A stretch of DNA of 63,191 bases, counting the filler, from Chiloscyllium plagiosum (taxonomy: Eukaryota), in NCBI RefSeq assembly GCF_004010195.1. It is 5 parts of one record of this genome, joined end to end, with 100 filler letters (N's around TTAATTAATTAA, not from the genome) between each part and the next. Parts side by side here need not be neighbours in the genome. Positions count along the whole stretch, not along the records: positions 59,224 to 63,191 come from NC_057717.1; 4 more parts are not named here. One strand, given 5' to 3'. The number at the start of each line of letters is the position of its first letter. The first letter of the stretch is position 1. A program made the position numbers and the translations under genes. The notes below the pieces were generated by a model, which was given only the letters and a program-made list of their open reading frames with translations, searched no databases and was not told where the DNA came from. Shown piece after piece: positions 62,201 through 63,191 of this stretch.

Positions 62201-63191
62201 TTGAGTGTGAGGGTGTCAGGGTGACGCTGATGGAGTGAGTGTGAGGGGATCGGTGTGACAGTGATGGAGGGAGTTTGAGGGGGTCAGGGTGACAGTGATG
62301 GTGGGAGTGTGATGGGGTCAGGGTGACGATGATGGAGAGAGTGTGAGGGGTCAGGGTGAGAGTGAGAAATGAGTCTGAGTGGGTCAGGGTGACGGTAATG
62401 GAGTGAGTGTGAGGGGTTCAGGGTGACGATGATGGAGTGAGAGTGAGGGGTGAGGGTGACGGTGATAAATGTGTGTGAGTGGTTCAGGGTGACGGTTATA
62501 GAGTGAGCGTGAGTGGGTCAGGGGGACCTTCATGGTGTGAGTGTGAGGGTGTCAGGATGATGGTGATGGAGTGAGTGGGAGTGGGTCAGTTTGGCAGTGA
62601 TGAAGGGAGTGTGAGAGTGTGAGGGTGACGGTGATGGAGTGATTGTGACAGGTCAGGGTGACTGTGATGGAGTGAGTGTGAGGGGGTCACTTTGACGGTG
62701 ATTGAGTGAGTGTGCGGGTCAGTGTGTCGGTGATGGAGTGAGTGTGGAGAGTCAGTGTGACTGAGATGGAGTGAGTTTAATGGGGTCAGTGTGACGAAGA
62801 TGGAATGAGTGTGAGGGGGTCTGAGTGACGGTGATGGAGTGAGTGTGAGGGGGTCAGTTTGACGCTGAAGGTGTGAGTATGACTGGTCAGGGTGATGCTG
62901 ATGGAGTGAGTGTGAGGGAATTGGTATGACAGTGATGGAGGGAGTGTAAGGGGGTCATCGTGACGTTGATGGAGTGAGTGTGAAGGGGTCAGTGTGACGA
63001 TGATAAACGAGGGTGTGGGGGTCAGGGTGACCGTGATGGGGTGAGTGTGAGGGGGTCAGGGTGACAGTGATAAATGAGTGTGAGGGGTTCAGTGTGACGG
63101 TCTTGGAGTAAGTGTGAGGGTGTCATGTTGACTGTGATGGAGTGACTGTGAGGGGGCAAGTGTGATGGTGATGGAGTGAGTGTGAGGGGTT
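59224..63191. repeat. G/T-rich minisatellite, ~34-bp unit (gtcagggtgacggtgatggagtgagtgtgagggg)
   Basis: Continuous diverged units for ~4 kb to the end of the window. Confidence 0.95.

Overview
Repeat-rich vertebrate genomic DNA, inferred to be from a shark or other cartilaginous fish (HE1-type SINEs, CR1 LINEs, Penelope-like elements, a GPR139-like GPCR). Four artificial 100-bp spacers (44 N + TTAATTAATTAA + 44 N) split the window into five pieces: 1-10455, 10556-26698, 26799-51365, 51466-59123 and 59224-63191. The only apparently intact host coding sequence is the 3' half of a class A GPCR (2894-3358, minus strand). The rest comprises three decayed endogenous retrovirus remnants (env + LTR, gag-pol, env tail + LTR), a solo LTR with TSD, Penelope-like retroelements, CR1/SINE fragments, a C2H2 zinc-finger pseudogene, two G-rich 34-35 bp minisatellites and a large decayed tRNA gene cluster (Val, Leu, Ser, iMet, His, Asn relics). 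The most notable signal is a set of small non-coding insertions carrying hammerhead-ribozyme cores. One has tandem cores, an 11-bp TSD and a paralogous empty site in the window (34606-34799). Another is a perfect 58-bp palindrome centred on a hammerhead core (25614-25777). Family assignments come from recognised motifs, not database searches; boundaries of decayed elements are approximate.
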